From Octopus sinensis (lineage: Eukaryota), in NCBI RefSeq assembly GCF_006345805.1, contig NW_021831916.1, positions 1-33,715 of the forward strand: a DNA stretch of 33,715 nucleotides, in the 5' to 3' direction. The position numbers and the translations under genes were made by a program. Every line of letters starts with the position of its first letter. Within the stretch, counting starts at the first letter, position 1. This document shows positions 33,358 through 33,715 of this stretch, piece by piece. The notes below the pieces were generated by a model. It was not told the origin of the DNA. It saw nothing but the letters and a program-made list of their open reading frames with translations, and searched no databases.

Positions 33358-33715
33358 ATACTCTCTTTTACTATTTTACTTGTTTCAGTCATGTGACTGT
33401 GACCATGCTGGAGCACCGCCTTTAGTCGAGCAAATCGACCCCAGGACTTATTCTTTGTAAGCCTAGTACTTATTCTATCGGTTCTCTTTTGCCGAACCGC
33501 TAAGTTACGCGGACGTAAACACACCAGCATCGGTTGTCAAGCGATGTTGGGGGAACAAACACAGACACACAAACATATACACACACATACACATATATAT
33601 GCATATATACGACGGGCTTCTTTCAGTTTCCGTCAACCAAATCCACTCACAATGTATACACAAATATGACAATATACATACTATAGCCTCGGTCCGAGGC
33701 TATAGTAGAAGACAC
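33358..33715 (-). mobile_element. SINE family A (runs off the window end) with an internal fold-back rearrangement
   Basis: Reverse complement of the family A 3' half and core. Confidence 0.92.

Overview
AT-rich eukaryotic DNA saturated with microsatellites and transposable elements. The SINE families, the abundance of microsatellites and the TE mix look like an octopus (coleoid cephalopod) genome; this is recognition from memory, not a database result. There is no intact multi-exon gene, and almost all ORFs in the supplied track are translations of simple repeats. Supported content: several tRNA-derived SINE families (about 20 copies or fragments), three internally deleted Tc1/mariner relics, a Tigger-like MITE end, a TTAA-bounded palindromic element, two Helentron-associated (HINE-like) elements, two R4/Dong-like RLE LINE 3' ends, an RTE LINE 3' end, two Penelope-like (PLE) GIY-YIG endonuclease relics, a decayed Ulp1/C48-type cysteine-protease domain, and one good candidate host coding exon (18541-18758, minus strand). 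The most coherent hidden system is a set of four unrelated minimal type-I hammerhead ribozyme motifs (8644-8678 -, 19646-19692 -, 31414-31474 +, 32263-32305 -). Three sit in short non-coding repeats beside TA-rich sequence and one lies at the 3' end of a PLE endonuclease relic. Three of the four share a non-canonical C at core position 4 (CCGANGA-type instead of CUGANGA). All translations, alignments and folds were done by eye, so element boundaries are approximate unless stated otherwise.
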